Positions 1 to 10,107 of a stretch of 64,000 nt of DNA are shown one piece after another. Numbering within the stretch: position 1 is the first letter of the stretch; every line of letters starts with the position of its first letter. Source of the DNA: an uncultured candidate division Zixibacteria bacterium (GTDB taxonomy: Bacteria > Zixibacteria > MSB-5A5 > RBG-16-43-9); assembly GCA_963713865.1 (NCBI GenBank), contig OY970208.1:2080001-2144000 (forward strand). Direction: 5' to 3'. The notes below the pieces were generated by a model. The model had not been told where the DNA came from. It saw only the letters and a program-made list of their open reading frames with translations, and made no database searches. The position numbers and the translations under genes were made by a program.

Positions 1-197
1 TCTACTAACTCTAAAATCTCTTCGATTAAACTTAATTCTTTCAGGTTTGGTAGTAGTATTGGCACACCTCCAGCCTTTTCAATAGCAAAATAATATTGCC
101 TCTTAAGATAATCAAAAGGGTAGATCACCGGATATTTTCTCTCCCGATCTTCTTTCTCTTCTATACTGCAGGTAATCCCAATAATCGGTTTCTTCAT
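1..197 (-). CDS. Gamma-glutamyl-gamma-aminobutyrate hydrolase / peptidase C26 (class I glutamine amidotransferase-like), N-terminal part; runs off the window start
   Basis: Manual translation MKKPIIGITCS...DYLKRQYYFAIEKAGGVPILLP matches the PuuD/C26 N-terminal pattern (KP.IGIT, Y..AI..AGG.P.LLP). Confidence 0.8.
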   Translation of the reverse strand, partial: MKKPIIGITCSIEEKEDRERKYPVIYPFDYLKRQYYFAIEKAGGVPILLPNLKELSLIEEILELV

Positions 198-262
198 CTA
201 ATCGTCTCTTTTTTTAGTCTTTTTATCCGTCATTCGTTATTCGTCATCCGGTATTTAACTTA

Positions 263-2161
263 TTAAAAAGCATAAAGAATTGCCAGGTGAAGCCTCCCCT
301 TTACGGGATCGCCGTCTCTCAATATCCTCCTAGCGTAGTCTAATCTTATCGGACCTATAGGCGTAAGAAATTGCAAACCCAACCCGCCGGTTAACCTGAT
401 ATCTGGCATATTAAAATTTTTAGGCTCAAACCGAACATTCCCGGCATCCAGGAAAAGCGTATAACCAAATTTCCAGAATAACGCTCTTCTAATCTCGGCA
501 TTAGCTAAAAGCATAAGGCCCCCCCCAGTATTATTACCTTCCGAGTCTTTAGGACCCAAAGTGTTCTCCGAATAGCCTCTTATAGTATAAGCTCCCCCGG
601 CATAGAAACGGTCGAATGTAGGAACATATTTATCCTTGAATAGCTTCTGTACATATCCGAGTTTGACCCTGGTTGCCAGCACATTCAATTCCCTTGGCTT
701 ACCTAATGGATTATACCTGCTCCAGGTTAATATAACTTTGTAAAAATGGTTATCCCCTTTTAAAAATCCACCTACCAGCTCATTGTATAATTGAAAATAT
801 GATCCGGAAACCGGAACAAAAGGATCTGTGCGGGTATCCTTCTCTATAGAAAAATTTACCAACCTGCGAATATTGATCCCCTGCTCCTTTTTAAACTCTT
901 CTAACTTATCTGGAGAGAGGTCATAAACCTTAACCTGCTGATAGCTGAAAGTTAAGTAGAATTTGATAAACCGTTTATGCTCCCGGCTAAAATTGAAATT
1001 CCCGCCATAAGATTCTATGCGATAAGGCTGGATTATACTCCTTACCCCCGGTTCATAATAAAGGTCAAAATTAAATGGTGTTCTTGTTCCCAAAAACCAG
1101 GGCTCAACAAAACCAAATTTGAATCGATTGGAAAGATTTTGCCAGTTTTTGAAAATAACAAAGCTGGTGAAGCCCGACAGGTAAATTTTTCTTGCAGTTC
1201 CCGCTAAATTCCGATTACCCCATTCCAAGGTTAAATCAGAGGTGGTTAAGTCAGCTACTAAATTCTGGGGCTGGTATTGTCCCATTCCTAACTTTAAACC
1301 AACATAACTCGGCTTCCTTTCTGCCACTTTCAAAACAAAATCCGGGTTCTCCGGTTTCTCTTCAGGTTTTTTCACCTCTAAGCTTATATAGTTGAAAAGG
1401 CCTGTAGAATATTCCCTTTGTTCGCTATCCAAAATTTTCTCCCGACTGTAAATCTCTCCTTGCTTTATGACCAGTTCCCTTCTGGCAACCTTTTCGTCAG
1501 TTCGAGATAATCCTTCAAAGGAAATCTCTCCGAACTTAACCAGTTTACCTGGTTCTAAAGTGAAATTCACCTGAGCTGATGTAGAATCTTCACTCATCTC
1601 GATTTCAATCTTTATCTGAGAATAAGGATAACCGTTGTTAGCATAGACTGTTTTCAGATTGAAAGCCACCTTATCTAATTTTAAAAGATTTAAAGGTTCG
1701 CCAGATTTCAACGCATCTAATTCTTTTTTCTCCTTGTTAGAAAGATTTTCCAGTCCACCGCTCAGGCTAAAACCCTTAATTCTGGTCTGGACTCCTTCGT
1801 AAACATTAACTTTTAGACTAACTTTACTTTCGGCATCAATCTGGTAATCTATCTTGGTTTTAGCTTGAAGAAAACCATTAGTCTGATAAAGGGTATCTAT
1901 GGTAAACTGGTCATTTTCCAACTTCCATCTATAAAATCTCTGACTTTTGAAAAGGTTATACCATTTGTTTTCTTTAAGGGACATCTCCTTTTTAATCTTT
2001 TTATTTGAAAAGAAGGTATTACCTGATACCTCGATATTTTTAATTATCGGCTTTTCTAAACCTGACGAGCCAGCAGCTATAACCTTCTCTCCCTGAAGAA
2101 AAATGTAAAAAATCAATATTATTAAATAAAAAAAGGGGTTAGAGTAGAATATTTTCTTCAT
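263..2161 (-). CDS. Omp85-family outer membrane protein (TamA/BamA-like; POTRA domains plus beta-barrel)
   Basis: Signal-like N-terminus; POTRA-like repeats; RFYAGGAYTIRGY, TPIGPIRLDYA; C-terminal F; directly downstream of a TamB-like gene. Confidence 0.88.
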   Translation of the reverse strand: MKKIFYSNPFFYLIILIFYIFLQGEKVIAAGSSGLEKPIIKNIEVSGNTFFSNKKIKKEMSLKENKWYNLFKSQRFYRWKLENDQFTIDTLYQTNGFLQAKTKIDYQIDAESKVSLKVNVYEGVQTRIKGFSLSGGLENLSNKEKKELDALKSGEPLNLLKLDKVAFNLKTVYANNGYPYSQIKIEIEMSEDSTSAQVNFTLEPGKLVKFGEISFEGLSRTDEKVARRELVIKQGEIYSREKILDSEQREYSTGLFNYISLEVKKPEEKPENPDFVLKVAERKPSYVGLKLGMGQYQPQNLVADLTTSDLTLEWGNRNLAGTARKIYLSGFTSFVIFKNWQNLSNRFKFGFVEPWFLGTRTPFNFDLYYEPGVRSIIQPYRIESYGGNFNFSREHKRFIKFYLTFSYQQVKVYDLSPDKLEEFKKEQGINIRRLVNFSIEKDTRTDPFVPVSGSYFQLYNELVGGFLKGDNHFYKVILTWSRYNPLGKPRELNVLATRVKLGYVQKLFKDKYVPTFDRFYAGGAYTIRGYSENTLGPKDSEGNNTGGGLMLLANAEIRRALFWKFGYTLFLDAGNVRFEPKNFNMPDIRLTGGLGLQFLTPIGPIRLDYARRILRDGDPVKGRLHLAILYAF

Positions 2162-5100
2162 TAATATTCCCAGTAAAGATTCAATCCCAGGTGAAAAAGT
2201 CCCTGTTTGTCCCGGTTACCTTCAAGATAAAAACGTTTGCTTAACCGGTATTCCAACCCTCCTTCCTGACCCGCAGATTCAGTTAGCCGGCGAGTATATC
2301 TTAAATAAACTTTATTGGAAATATATTTCCCTACCGTCACTTCAGATTCCCACAGGGAGAATTTGCCAGGTTCTAAGGGTTTGATCTCAAAAGTCTCCAC
2401 TCCTATATTCCGGGTAGCTAAATTCTCCAGAAAACGATTCGTATAAGCTTCCCCTAAGCTTCCCGCTAATTTGGATTGAAAAAGACTACCACCGCCCGAT
2501 CCAGCCGTAGAAAACCTCTGATGAAAAGCCAAAAGCTCAGCTATTTCTTCCTTGGAATAAGGTGAATCTGTCGCTGGTTTTATCTCTGGAGCAGAAAGAG
2601 TGCCAGTTATGGCGAGCTCTACTTCCTGACCTCTCTGGGCAATAGAATCTTTTACAGAATGGGTAGAGCCATTTAAAGAAGCGGAAACGAGAAAATCTAA
2701 TTTGGGATCAATTTTTTGAATATTATCGAAAACAAAACTTCCTTCTTCTATTTTAAAGGTTGTGCCATAAATGAAATACTTTCCTCTGATTGTCTCCAGA
2801 TTACCCAATAGCTTTAAATCTCCACTTTCTCTGGATAACAGGACCTCTCCCTTCAATTCTGCTTGCATATCCTGATTTAAAATCCAGAAATTGTTATCAC
2901 CTGAAAGCTTTAGCTTCAGATCCCACAGATTCTCCTGAGGGATTGGAGGACCAGCCTTTGCTTGCATCAAGCTGTTGAATGGATCCCTAAATGCTAAATG
3001 AGAAAAAAATATGTCTCCGGAGACTAAAGGCGGACTTAGCCCGGAAATCTCCAAATTAAGATCAATGGTACTTACCAGGTCAGCATATTCATAACTTAAA
3101 GGTAAATCCTTGCCGACCAAAGTTAACTCATATTTGAACCTTTTGATATCACCCAAGTTGATATTCCCATAGAGAAAAAGTTCCCCTTTTATCTTCTTCT
3201 CAGGAAAGACAATATGCCAGAACTTCTTCAGAAGGTTATTATTTGCAATTTTTTCCTGTAAGGCAAAACCTCTGACCTCATCTATATAGAGATTTTCATT
3301 TTCCATTCTCAATTTACCCCGGACCTGAGTGATCGGATTTTGTATGGGAACTAATTTTAAAGTTCCCTGAGAAAGTTCCAGACCCCCTTCTAACTTTGGA
3401 TGAAGCGGGGTACCCGTTATGATAACTTCGCCTTTAAACAAACCCTGCAGATACTCCAGGTCCGGTATAAAAAGATTAATAAGACTGAATCTATTCCCTT
3501 CTCCTTTAAAAACTATATTCTGAGGCTGGTCAAGAAGTCTATCTGATACCGGGTAAAACGAAAGGTTGATGGGGACAAAACCGGAGAGTGAATAATTCCC
3601 ATCCGGATGCATTAGCGAAACTTTCTCTAAAAATAGTTTTTCTTCTTTATATGACATGCTCCCGCTCAAAAACCCTAAATCCACACCTTCATAATTTATA
3701 TCCCTTATCTCCGAATAAAGATTTATCTCCGGGTTTTTAAAATCTCCCTTAAGCTCTACCGTTGCATCTAATTTCCCATCTATTCTTCTTGTCGGAAACG
3801 ACAACCTTTCCCAGGGTAAAACCTGCATATTTTTCAAGTCCAGTTTCAGATTCATTCTCTCATAATAATCCATACTGCCTGAAAGCGAAAAACTCCCGCC
3901 ATTCATTCTAAAATTATTTTCTCTAAATCTGACCTCTAAAGTATCTATCTCGATCCTGGCAGGGATTGCCGATTCTATTTTATTCCCACGGTAATCAAGA
4001 GTTATCTTTTCAAGAGTCAGGTTCTGAGGATACCTGGATATATCCAGATCACCAAAGAACACCAAAGAAAGTGAACTGTTAAACATTCGGGTAGTATCTA
4101 TCCGGATTGAATCACCTTCCAATAAAATCCGGGAAGAAAGCGAATCATAGGGAATTCCCCAGGCATTTCCCTCCAAGAGGAATAACTGTACAACTCCCCC
4201 TTTTCTGCTGATAAATTTTTTTATTTTAATATCCGATTTTAGATCTGAGCAGAAAAGTTTATACCCCCATATCGAATCGGACTCAAATCTACCTTCCAGT
4301 GCAAAATCTGAAAACGGACCTGAAGCTGTGAATTCAAATCTTCCCCTGCCTTCTATCTCCTTAACAAAGGTTTGACCCTTAAAATCTCTAAGGTCTTTGA
4401 AAATCGCTTCCCCTATAAGGTTTAAAGAATCATTAAAGCCGATCCTACCCTCTCCAACTACTTCAGTATTTTTATACCACAGATGAAAATCCTTGTCGAA
4501 CTTTACATCGTCAGTGGTTACAGATAGAGTCCCGGAGGCTTTAGAGAAGCTGTATCGATCAAACTTTCCCGGTTCTAACTCCAAGTTAAAATTCAATTGT
4601 AAATCTTTCTCGTTAAGACCTTTCCCTTTCATATCCAGGTTCCCGGAAAGATTACTGTGCAGGGAAGTGGAAACAATATTTGCCAGATCCAGGCTTTCCA
4701 CCTTCCCCTTGAGCAGATAACTTCCTGGTTTCTCCCCTAAGTTCAGTTCTCCTGCAAGCTGAACTGGCGCCCGGAAGGCTTTACCTCGAAGGGAAAAGAA
4801 GGTGAATTTACTTTTTTCATATAGGAAATCGGTTTTTAATCCGCTTAGCTCTTTACCGAACAGATCGCCATCTAAAACCAGCTCACCTTTTACTCTTTTA
4901 TGATTTCCCTTTAAATCCCCTTCCAGTTTCAACTTTCCCTTTAAATCTACGCCGCTTACCCTTTTTATATCTGCCAGATAAAATGGATCCGCTTTCAAAT
5001 TTAAAGAGAAAGAAAATGGCTTTAAAGTAAAAATCCCATCCTTAAATTCTATTCTGGAATCAGCCGTCTCAAGTTTTAATTTCTCTAAGTAAATTCCCCC

Positions 5101-5757
5101 TGTCTTAATTTTAGACTTGAGACTGAGTTTCTTTAATCTTATAATCTCCTTAGTCCTGGCAAGCAAGCTTCCATTTAAAAGATTTAAATTCATCCCTTCT
5201 CTATCCTTATTTAGAGAAAGAGTAAAATTTATGCTGTCCAGTGCAAAACTTCTTTGAGGACCCCTCAGGTTAAAACTGCCATCCTTAAACAAAATGAAGG
5301 GGAAGGAAAGATTTGAAACAGTCCCGGTTACTCCTGTCTTTTTTTTCAAAAATGGAATCAGAAAGCGCCCGTCCTGGGCTTGTCTTACTTGAAACGCCGG
5401 ACGATAGAATTCAACTAGGCTGAAGCTCCATTTATTCTGGAGAAGATCAAGTGGATTAAAAGTCAGAGTCAGCTTCTCCAGTTTTAAAAGGGTATATTCA
5501 AAACCTCTTTCTGAGTATTCTATCTGAAGATTTTCTACTACTATTTCACCCCAGAGATAACCCCGGATCTTGCCAATTTTAATTTGAACCGGAGTATCCT
5601 TGTCAGTCAGGCTGGATAAATATCTGGCCACCTGGGATTCTAAAAACCTGGTCTGTGTCAATAAAAGATAAAGGGTGAGAAACAAGAAGATTATTATACA
5701 GAAAAAAATCAATGGAATTTTATATCTTTTTTTCATCCTTTGCCTTTTGGTACTCAT
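2161..5757 (-). CDS. tamB: Translocation and assembly module TamB-like protein (AsmA family, C-terminal DUF490); start may be 5736
   Basis: 1198 aa; N-terminal TM anchor; beta-rich body; C-terminal VTVGKYIS.KVYLRY...LEYRLSKRF.LEG typical of DUF490. Confidence 0.82.
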   Translation of the reverse strand: MSTKRQRMKKRYKIPLIFFCIIIFLFLTLYLLLTQTRFLESQVARYLSSLTDKDTPVQIKIGKIRGYLWGEIVVENLQIEYSERGFEYTLLKLEKLTLTFNPLDLLQNKWSFSLVEFYRPAFQVRQAQDGRFLIPFLKKKTGVTGTVSNLSFPFILFKDGSFNLRGPQRSFALDSINFTLSLNKDREGMNLNLLNGSLLARTKEIIRLKKLSLKSKIKTGGIYLEKLKLETADSRIEFKDGIFTLKPFSFSLNLKADPFYLADIKRVSGVDLKGKLKLEGDLKGNHKRVKGELVLDGDLFGKELSGLKTDFLYEKSKFTFFSLRGKAFRAPVQLAGELNLGEKPGSYLLKGKVESLDLANIVSTSLHSNLSGNLDMKGKGLNEKDLQLNFNLELEPGKFDRYSFSKASGTLSVTTDDVKFDKDFHLWYKNTEVVGEGRIGFNDSLNLIGEAIFKDLRDFKGQTFVKEIEGRGRFEFTASGPFSDFALEGRFESDSIWGYKLFCSDLKSDIKIKKFISRKGGVVQLFLLEGNAWGIPYDSLSSRILLEGDSIRIDTTRMFNSSLSLVFFGDLDISRYPQNLTLEKITLDYRGNKIESAIPARIEIDTLEVRFRENNFRMNGGSFSLSGSMDYYERMNLKLDLKNMQVLPWERLSFPTRRIDGKLDATVELKGDFKNPEINLYSEIRDINYEGVDLGFLSGSMSYKEEKLFLEKVSLMHPDGNYSLSGFVPINLSFYPVSDRLLDQPQNIVFKGEGNRFSLINLFIPDLEYLQGLFKGEVIITGTPLHPKLEGGLELSQGTLKLVPIQNPITQVRGKLRMENENLYIDEVRGFALQEKIANNNLLKKFWHIVFPEKKIKGELFLYGNINLGDIKRFKYELTLVGKDLPLSYEYADLVSTIDLNLEISGLSPPLVSGDIFFSHLAFRDPFNSLMQAKAGPPIPQENLWDLKLKLSGDNNFWILNQDMQAELKGEVLLSRESGDLKLLGNLETIRGKYFIYGTTFKIEEGSFVFDNIQKIDPKLDFLVSASLNGSTHSVKDSIAQRGQEVELAITGTLSAPEIKPATDSPYSKEEIAELLAFHQRFSTAGSGGGSLFQSKLAGSLGEAYTNRFLENLATRNIGVETFEIKPLEPGKFSLWESEVTVGKYISNKVYLRYTRRLTESAGQEGGLEYRLSKRFYLEGNRDKQGLFHLGLNLYWEY

Positions 5758-5771
5758 CCTTCCAAAGATTT

Positions 5772-5800
5772 ATAATAATAGTAAAAAAATAGAGGGTCAA
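5772..5800 (-). promoter_or_regulatory. Putative sigma70 promoter for tamB-tamA
   Basis: TTGACC-N17-TATTAT on the minus strand just upstream of the start. Confidence 0.5.
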
Positions 5801-6033
5801 GCATAAAATTGCCTCCTGGTTAATTACGCTCCAGATTATAATTACTCCAGATCTCTATAACCATAGTGATTTAACTCATCCCATATATGTTTTTAAGCGT
5901 CCCTGCCGTCATTCTTAACCATTTTGCGAAAAAGAATGTGCAAAAATAAAACATCCCTAAAAATTAACTTTTAACTATTCAATCCGATAAAAAGTATATC
6001 CGTTGTACTTCTTTAAAATCAAAGATTAAATAA

Positions 6034-7554
6034 ATGCTGACCAAACCGAAGCTCCTAGTAGTAGATGATGAAGTCTATATCTGCAATATAATCCAGGAGA
6101 TGCTCTCTCAGGATGAATATGAGGTTATAACCACCAATCTCCCGGAGAAAGCTATACAGATATTAAAAAGCCAGCTTATCGACTTAGTCCTCACCGATCT
6201 TATTATGGGAGAAAAATCCGGAGTGGAGGTATTGAAAAAGTCATTAGAGATTCATCCGGATATCATCGTGATTCTGATGACTGGACAACCTACCATAGAG
6301 AATGCAATTTCAGTATTGAAGATGGGCGCTTATGATTATCTGATCAAACCTTTTAATCTGAAAAGCTTAAGAGCCTCCATTCGCCGGGGTTTGGAGAAAC
6401 AAAACCTCTACCGGGAAAATATACATCTCAAAGAAACAGTTTCGCTTTACAAGATAAGCGAAGCTATGGGCTCAACTATTCATCTGGAATCACTTCTCCA
6501 GCTTATTCTGGAAACCTTATCCATGGAATTCGATACTTACCTGGCCTCAATTTTACTGGTGGAGGGCAAAAGTAAAAATCTGGCTCTGAAGGCCTATTAT
6601 GGAGTTACTACCAACCCCAGAGAGCTGAACTTTCTACGAGGTGAAGATCCACTTCCTCAATGGGTAATAAAAAATGCTCAGTTAAAGATCTTGAACCAGG
6701 GTGAAGAAGAGAAACCGACTGAAGACCATAAACTTCGAAGATCTTATATTTCCTATCCACTTATGGCAAAAGGAAAGGTGATTGGAGTTCTTAATTTAGT
6801 CCGTATAGGAAACTTTCTTGCTTTCTCCCTGGGACAGCTTCATTCACTTTCCATAATTGCCAGCAAAGCCGCTTCTGCTATAGAGAACTCACTACTCTAT
6901 GCGAGTTTGGAGGAGACCTACATGAGCACCTTAACTGCCTTAGCTAATGCTGTGGAGGCCAGGGATGTCTATACCCGAGGTCATACAGAGAGAGTCTGGT
7001 ATATGACGGAGATAACTGCTCAGGAAATGGGCTGGAACAAGGAGAAGATGTGGGAAGTTAAGATCGGAGGAATTCTTCACGATATCGGCAAAATAGGAGT
7101 TCCCGACGCCATATTGAATAAACCCGGTGAACTGAACCAGGAAGAATTTGAGGTAATGAAAACCCATCCAGCCTTAGGAGCAAAGATCTTAGAAGGAATT
7201 TCCTTTCTGGCTCCATCTCTACCCTATATACTTTATCATCATGAAAGGTTTGATGGAAAAGGTTATCCCTTTGGATTAAAAGAAGACAAAATTCCTATTC
7301 AGGGTAGGCTCCTGGCTGTAATAGATACATTTGATGCGATGTGCAGCGACAGACCTTATCGTAAAAATGTTGGATTTCCCGCAGCTTTAAAAGAAATTGA
7401 AGATTGTTCCGGTACTCAATTTGATCCTGAAATAACCCAGGTCTTTTTAAAAGCCTGTCAGGATAATAAAATTAACCTTGAAAAACTTAAGAAAAACAGC
7501 GGAGAGACCCACCTCTTGATTAATCTTACCACTAAACCAGTCCTATCTAGATAG
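6034..7554 (+). CDS. Response regulator with REC, GAF and HD-GYP domains (cyclic dinucleotide phosphodiesterase)
   Basis: LLVVDDE...DLVLTDL...DYLIKPF receiver; GAF-like middle; HDIGKIG and HHERFDGKGYP motifs. Confidence 0.92.
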   Translation: MLTKPKLLVVDDEVYICNIIQEMLSQDEYEVITTNLPEKAIQILKSQLIDLVLTDLIMGEKSGVEVLKKSLEIHPDIIVILMTGQPTIENAISVLKMGAYDYLIKPFNLKSLRASIRRGLEKQNLYRENIHLKETVSLYKISEAMGSTIHLESLLQLILETLSMEFDTYLASILLVEGKSKNLALKAYYGVTTNPRELNFLRGEDPLPQWVIKNAQLKILNQGEEEKPTEDHKLRRSYISYPLMAKGKVIGVLNLVRIGNFLAFSLGQLHSLSIIASKAASAIENSLLYASLEETYMSTLTALANAVEARDVYTRGHTERVWYMTEITAQEMGWNKEKMWEVKIGGILHDIGKIGVPDAILNKPGELNQEEFEVMKTHPALGAKILEGISFLAPSLPYILYHHERFDGKGYPFGLKEDKIPIQGRLLAVIDTFDAMCSDRPYRKNVGFPAALKEIEDCSGTQFDPEITQVFLKACQDNKINLEKLKKNSGETHLLINLTTKPVLSR

Positions 7555-7770
7555 ATAAGCAGGTTCTGGATCTATTATTTTTTACAGCATTTTACAATTT
7601 TAATTCTAACTTCAACTTAGTTGCAATAAAATTTGACACGCTCTTGAGAAAAAAGTCTGGGCTAAGATAGTTGATAATTTCCATACAAATCATTTCATCT
7701 TCATGCAATTTCTTAACTATATCTGCTCTGCAATGATTAAAAGATTTTCTTTTAAAAATATGTATTTCAG

Positions 7771-7798
7771 TTGACAATCAATGAAAGTTGAATATATT
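7771..7798 (+). promoter_or_regulatory. Putative sigma70 promoter for the flavin reductase gene
   Basis: TTGACA-N16-TATATT in an AT-rich intergenic region. Confidence 0.55.
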
Positions 7799-7928
7799 GT
7801 TAAATCTAAAGGGAATCCTGATCCAGGTTACCTTCACAAATATTAGTAGATAATAAAATTTTATTTTTATTAAAAGATTTTGACTTGCCTACACTATAAA
7901 CTAAATTTAAAAATAAGTAAGGAGTAAA

Positions 7929-8585
7929 ATGAGAAAAAAGATACAGGAAAAACTCGATTTTGAGATCAGAGGTTTAAGTGAGATAAATACCTTCCCGATG
8001 ATTGAAAACTTCCATTTTCCCTTAATTGGTCAGGTAGTCCTGGTTACCTCCATCAACCGGGAGAAAATACCTAACATTGCTCCCAAGAGCTGGATTTCAG
8101 TTTTTGCACGCAAGCCCGCTATAATTGGATTCGGATGTAATGTAAACCACGACACTTCAAAAAATATCCTTTCCACTGGTGAATTCGTAATAAACGTCCC
8201 GGGAGCAGAGCTGGCTAATAAAGTTTGGAAAGCCTCTGAGCTAAAAGGGCAGGATCCTGAGGAAATTGAGAAAATCGGCTTAACCCCTATAAAGTCGGTG
8301 AAGCTAACCACACCCCGGATCGCAGAATGCAAAGCTTATCTTGAATGTTCCCTTGACTGGACCAAAAAATATGGAGAGGAAATCATAATCTTTGGAAAAG
8401 TCCTCTTAGCCTCTATTGATAAAAAAGCCTTAGAGGGAACCTTAGAGGATAGGTACAAATATCTGAAACTTATTGCCTACTTAGATGATGGAGCTTACGG
8501 GATAATAAAAACTGTCAATAAAATAGACCAGAGCGGAAGCGATTCAATCATTACCTTTACAAATGAGAAGACAGGTCAAGAGTGA
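7929..8585 (+). CDS. Flavin reductase-like FMN-binding protein (flavoredoxin family)
   Basis: VVLVTS...PNIAP.SW, HDTSKNILSTGEFVIN, PRIAECKAYLEC motifs; AAGGAG RBS. Confidence 0.85.
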   Translation: MRKKIQEKLDFEIRGLSEINTFPMIENFHFPLIGQVVLVTSINREKIPNIAPKSWISVFARKPAIIGFGCNVNHDTSKNILSTGEFVINVPGAELANKVWKASELKGQDPEEIEKIGLTPIKSVKLTTPRIAECKAYLECSLDWTKKYGEEIIIFGKVLLASIDKKALEGTLEDRYKYLKLIAYLDDGAYGIIKTVNKIDQSGSDSIITFTNEKTGQE

Positions 8586-8648
8586 AGAAGACAAACTTCA
8601 GCCTTGCTTCTATTTTAGTGTTCATTGCCACTTCAGTATCTTGCATTT

Positions 8649-8950
8649 TGTAGGAACAGAATCAGCTTGAGACGAAATCTGTTTATTATTGCTTATTCCC
8701 CTTCCCTGTCCTACCCTACGGGGGTTTGCTCCGGATCCGTTTCTCAGGAAAGGGGAGGGATGAGGGGGGTCAAACTCGTTGCGATTGTGTATCATTGCGA
8801 GGAGTCCATCAGGACGATGAAGCATTCTATGTCTAACAGGTAGAGGGAATGCTTCGCTTTCGGTTCGCAAGGACAGCCCAAAAAAGAGAAATGTTGGACA
8901 TAAAACCCGACGCTACTAGGACACCACACACAAACACCAAACGCCAAACT
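8649..8950. repeat. Cluster of several distinct REP-like palindromes and a heptamer tandem repeat between convergent genes
   Basis: CCCCTTCCCTG...CAGGAAAGGGG-AGGGATGAGG; TCATTGCGAGGAG...GAAGCATTC...GAATGCTTC...CGCAAGGA; two GTAG-headed hairpins; (CACCAAA)n-like run. Confidence 0.65.
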
Positions 8951-8951
8951 T

Positions 8952-10019
8952 TTATTTTATAGGCACCGGGGAAAAACAGAGGATAAAAATTAAAAGAGAA
9001 ATCCAGCCAACCACTTTTCTTTTATTATCGAAAGGAATAGAATCATTCAAAGTCGGTGGATGAGCTGGCTTGAGAATTAAAGCCAGGACCAGCCAGATGA
9101 GCCATCCCTGCCATAAAAAAATTCCTAAAGGTATTAAACCCAGAATAATAATCTGGGCCATTATTTTCTGCTTTTTTCCAAATAGAGCATAAGCGATATG
9201 CCCACCATCCAGTTGTCCAATTGGGAGAAGATTTAACATGGTCACTAAAATTCCAGCCCAGCCAGCAAATGCCATCGGGCTTAAAAGAACATCATACCCC
9301 TCTGGTGGATTTTTTAATACTAACCAGGATATAAATTTAAAAACCAGTGAATCGCCTAAGATAATCGCCTGACCGGGCATCTCTTTTACCACTTGAGAGG
9401 TTGCCAGTCCGACGGTTAAAGCTATAATTGAGACCACGAATCCGGCAATAGGACCTGTTGCTCCCACGTCCAAAAGCTCTTTTCTGTTTTTAAAAGGAGA
9501 TTTTGAGCGGATAATTGCCCCGAACGTTCCTAATATAGTTGGTCCAGGTATAAAATATGGTAACGAGACTTTTATCCTGCTTCTTCTGGACATTATATAA
9601 TGTCCGAATTCATGGAATAATAGAATCAGCAGCAAGGGGACTGCAAAAGTCGCTCCTTTATAAATAAACAAAGGATTCTTAAAAAGATCAGTATTTTCCA
9701 TAATCGCCCCGGCTGCAAAAACGCTCAAAACCGTCAAAATAAAAAGTATCAAATTCAGCCAGGGAAATAGAGGTCTTACTTTCTTCCCTATTCTGGAAAG
9801 CTCCATTATTGTTTGTGTGCCATTCTGTTCAAACCTAACCTCATATCCTAAATCAAAAAGATGGTTGGAAACATCCTCTTGCCAATCCTCCATTGGAAAC
9901 CAGGGAGAACCTAAAATGGTAATATTCTGGCCATCATAATAAACCCCCCTGATCTCCATAAGATTCCCCAAGGAGTCTCTGAGCCTGCTAATCTCTGTCT
10001 TGAATTCCTCTTTCTTCAT
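8952..10019 (-). CDS. Site-2 protease family (M50) intramembrane metalloprotease
   Basis: HEFGH zinc motif, GPIAG, NLLPIGQLDGGHI, multiple TM segments. Confidence 0.92.
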   Translation of the reverse strand: MKKEEFKTEISRLRDSLGNLMEIRGVYYDGQNITILGSPWFPMEDWQEDVSNHLFDLGYEVRFEQNGTQTIMELSRIGKKVRPLFPWLNLILFILTVLSVFAAGAIMENTDLFKNPLFIYKGATFAVPLLLILLFHEFGHYIMSRRSRIKVSLPYFIPGPTILGTFGAIIRSKSPFKNRKELLDVGATGPIAGFVVSIIALTVGLATSQVVKEMPGQAIILGDSLVFKFISWLVLKNPPEGYDVLLSPMAFAGWAGILVTMLNLLPIGQLDGGHIAYALFGKKQKIMAQIIILGLIPLGIFLWQGWLIWLVLALILKPAHPPTLNDSIPFDNKRKVVGWISLLIFILCFSPVPIK

Positions 10020-10028
10020 AATTATCTT

Positions 10029-10107
10029 AAATACGGTTTAAATGTTTAAGAGTTTATAAGTTTAAAAGAAAATAAACTTCTAAACTCATAAACTCCTAAA
10101 TTGTTTT
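10029..10107. repeat. Palindromic octamer-repeat element without cargo; same family as the tRNA-cluster spacers
   Basis: (GTTTAnnn)x4 ... (TAAACTnn)x4 inverted arms; GAGTTTATAAGTTTAAAAG (10050-10068) is identical to 52853-52871. Confidence 0.75.

Noticed and set aside
7592-7777. 61-aa minus-strand ORF
   Set aside because: AT-rich promoter region, start overlaps the -35 box, no recognisable motif
7806-7840. Possible riboswitch in the flavin reductase leader
   Set aside because: Only a weak imperfect hairpin; no FMN or other riboswitch consensus recognised
8622-8870. ORFs 8622-8870 (-) and 8625-8843 (+)
   Set aside because: They coincide with palindromic repeats; no RBS or protein motif
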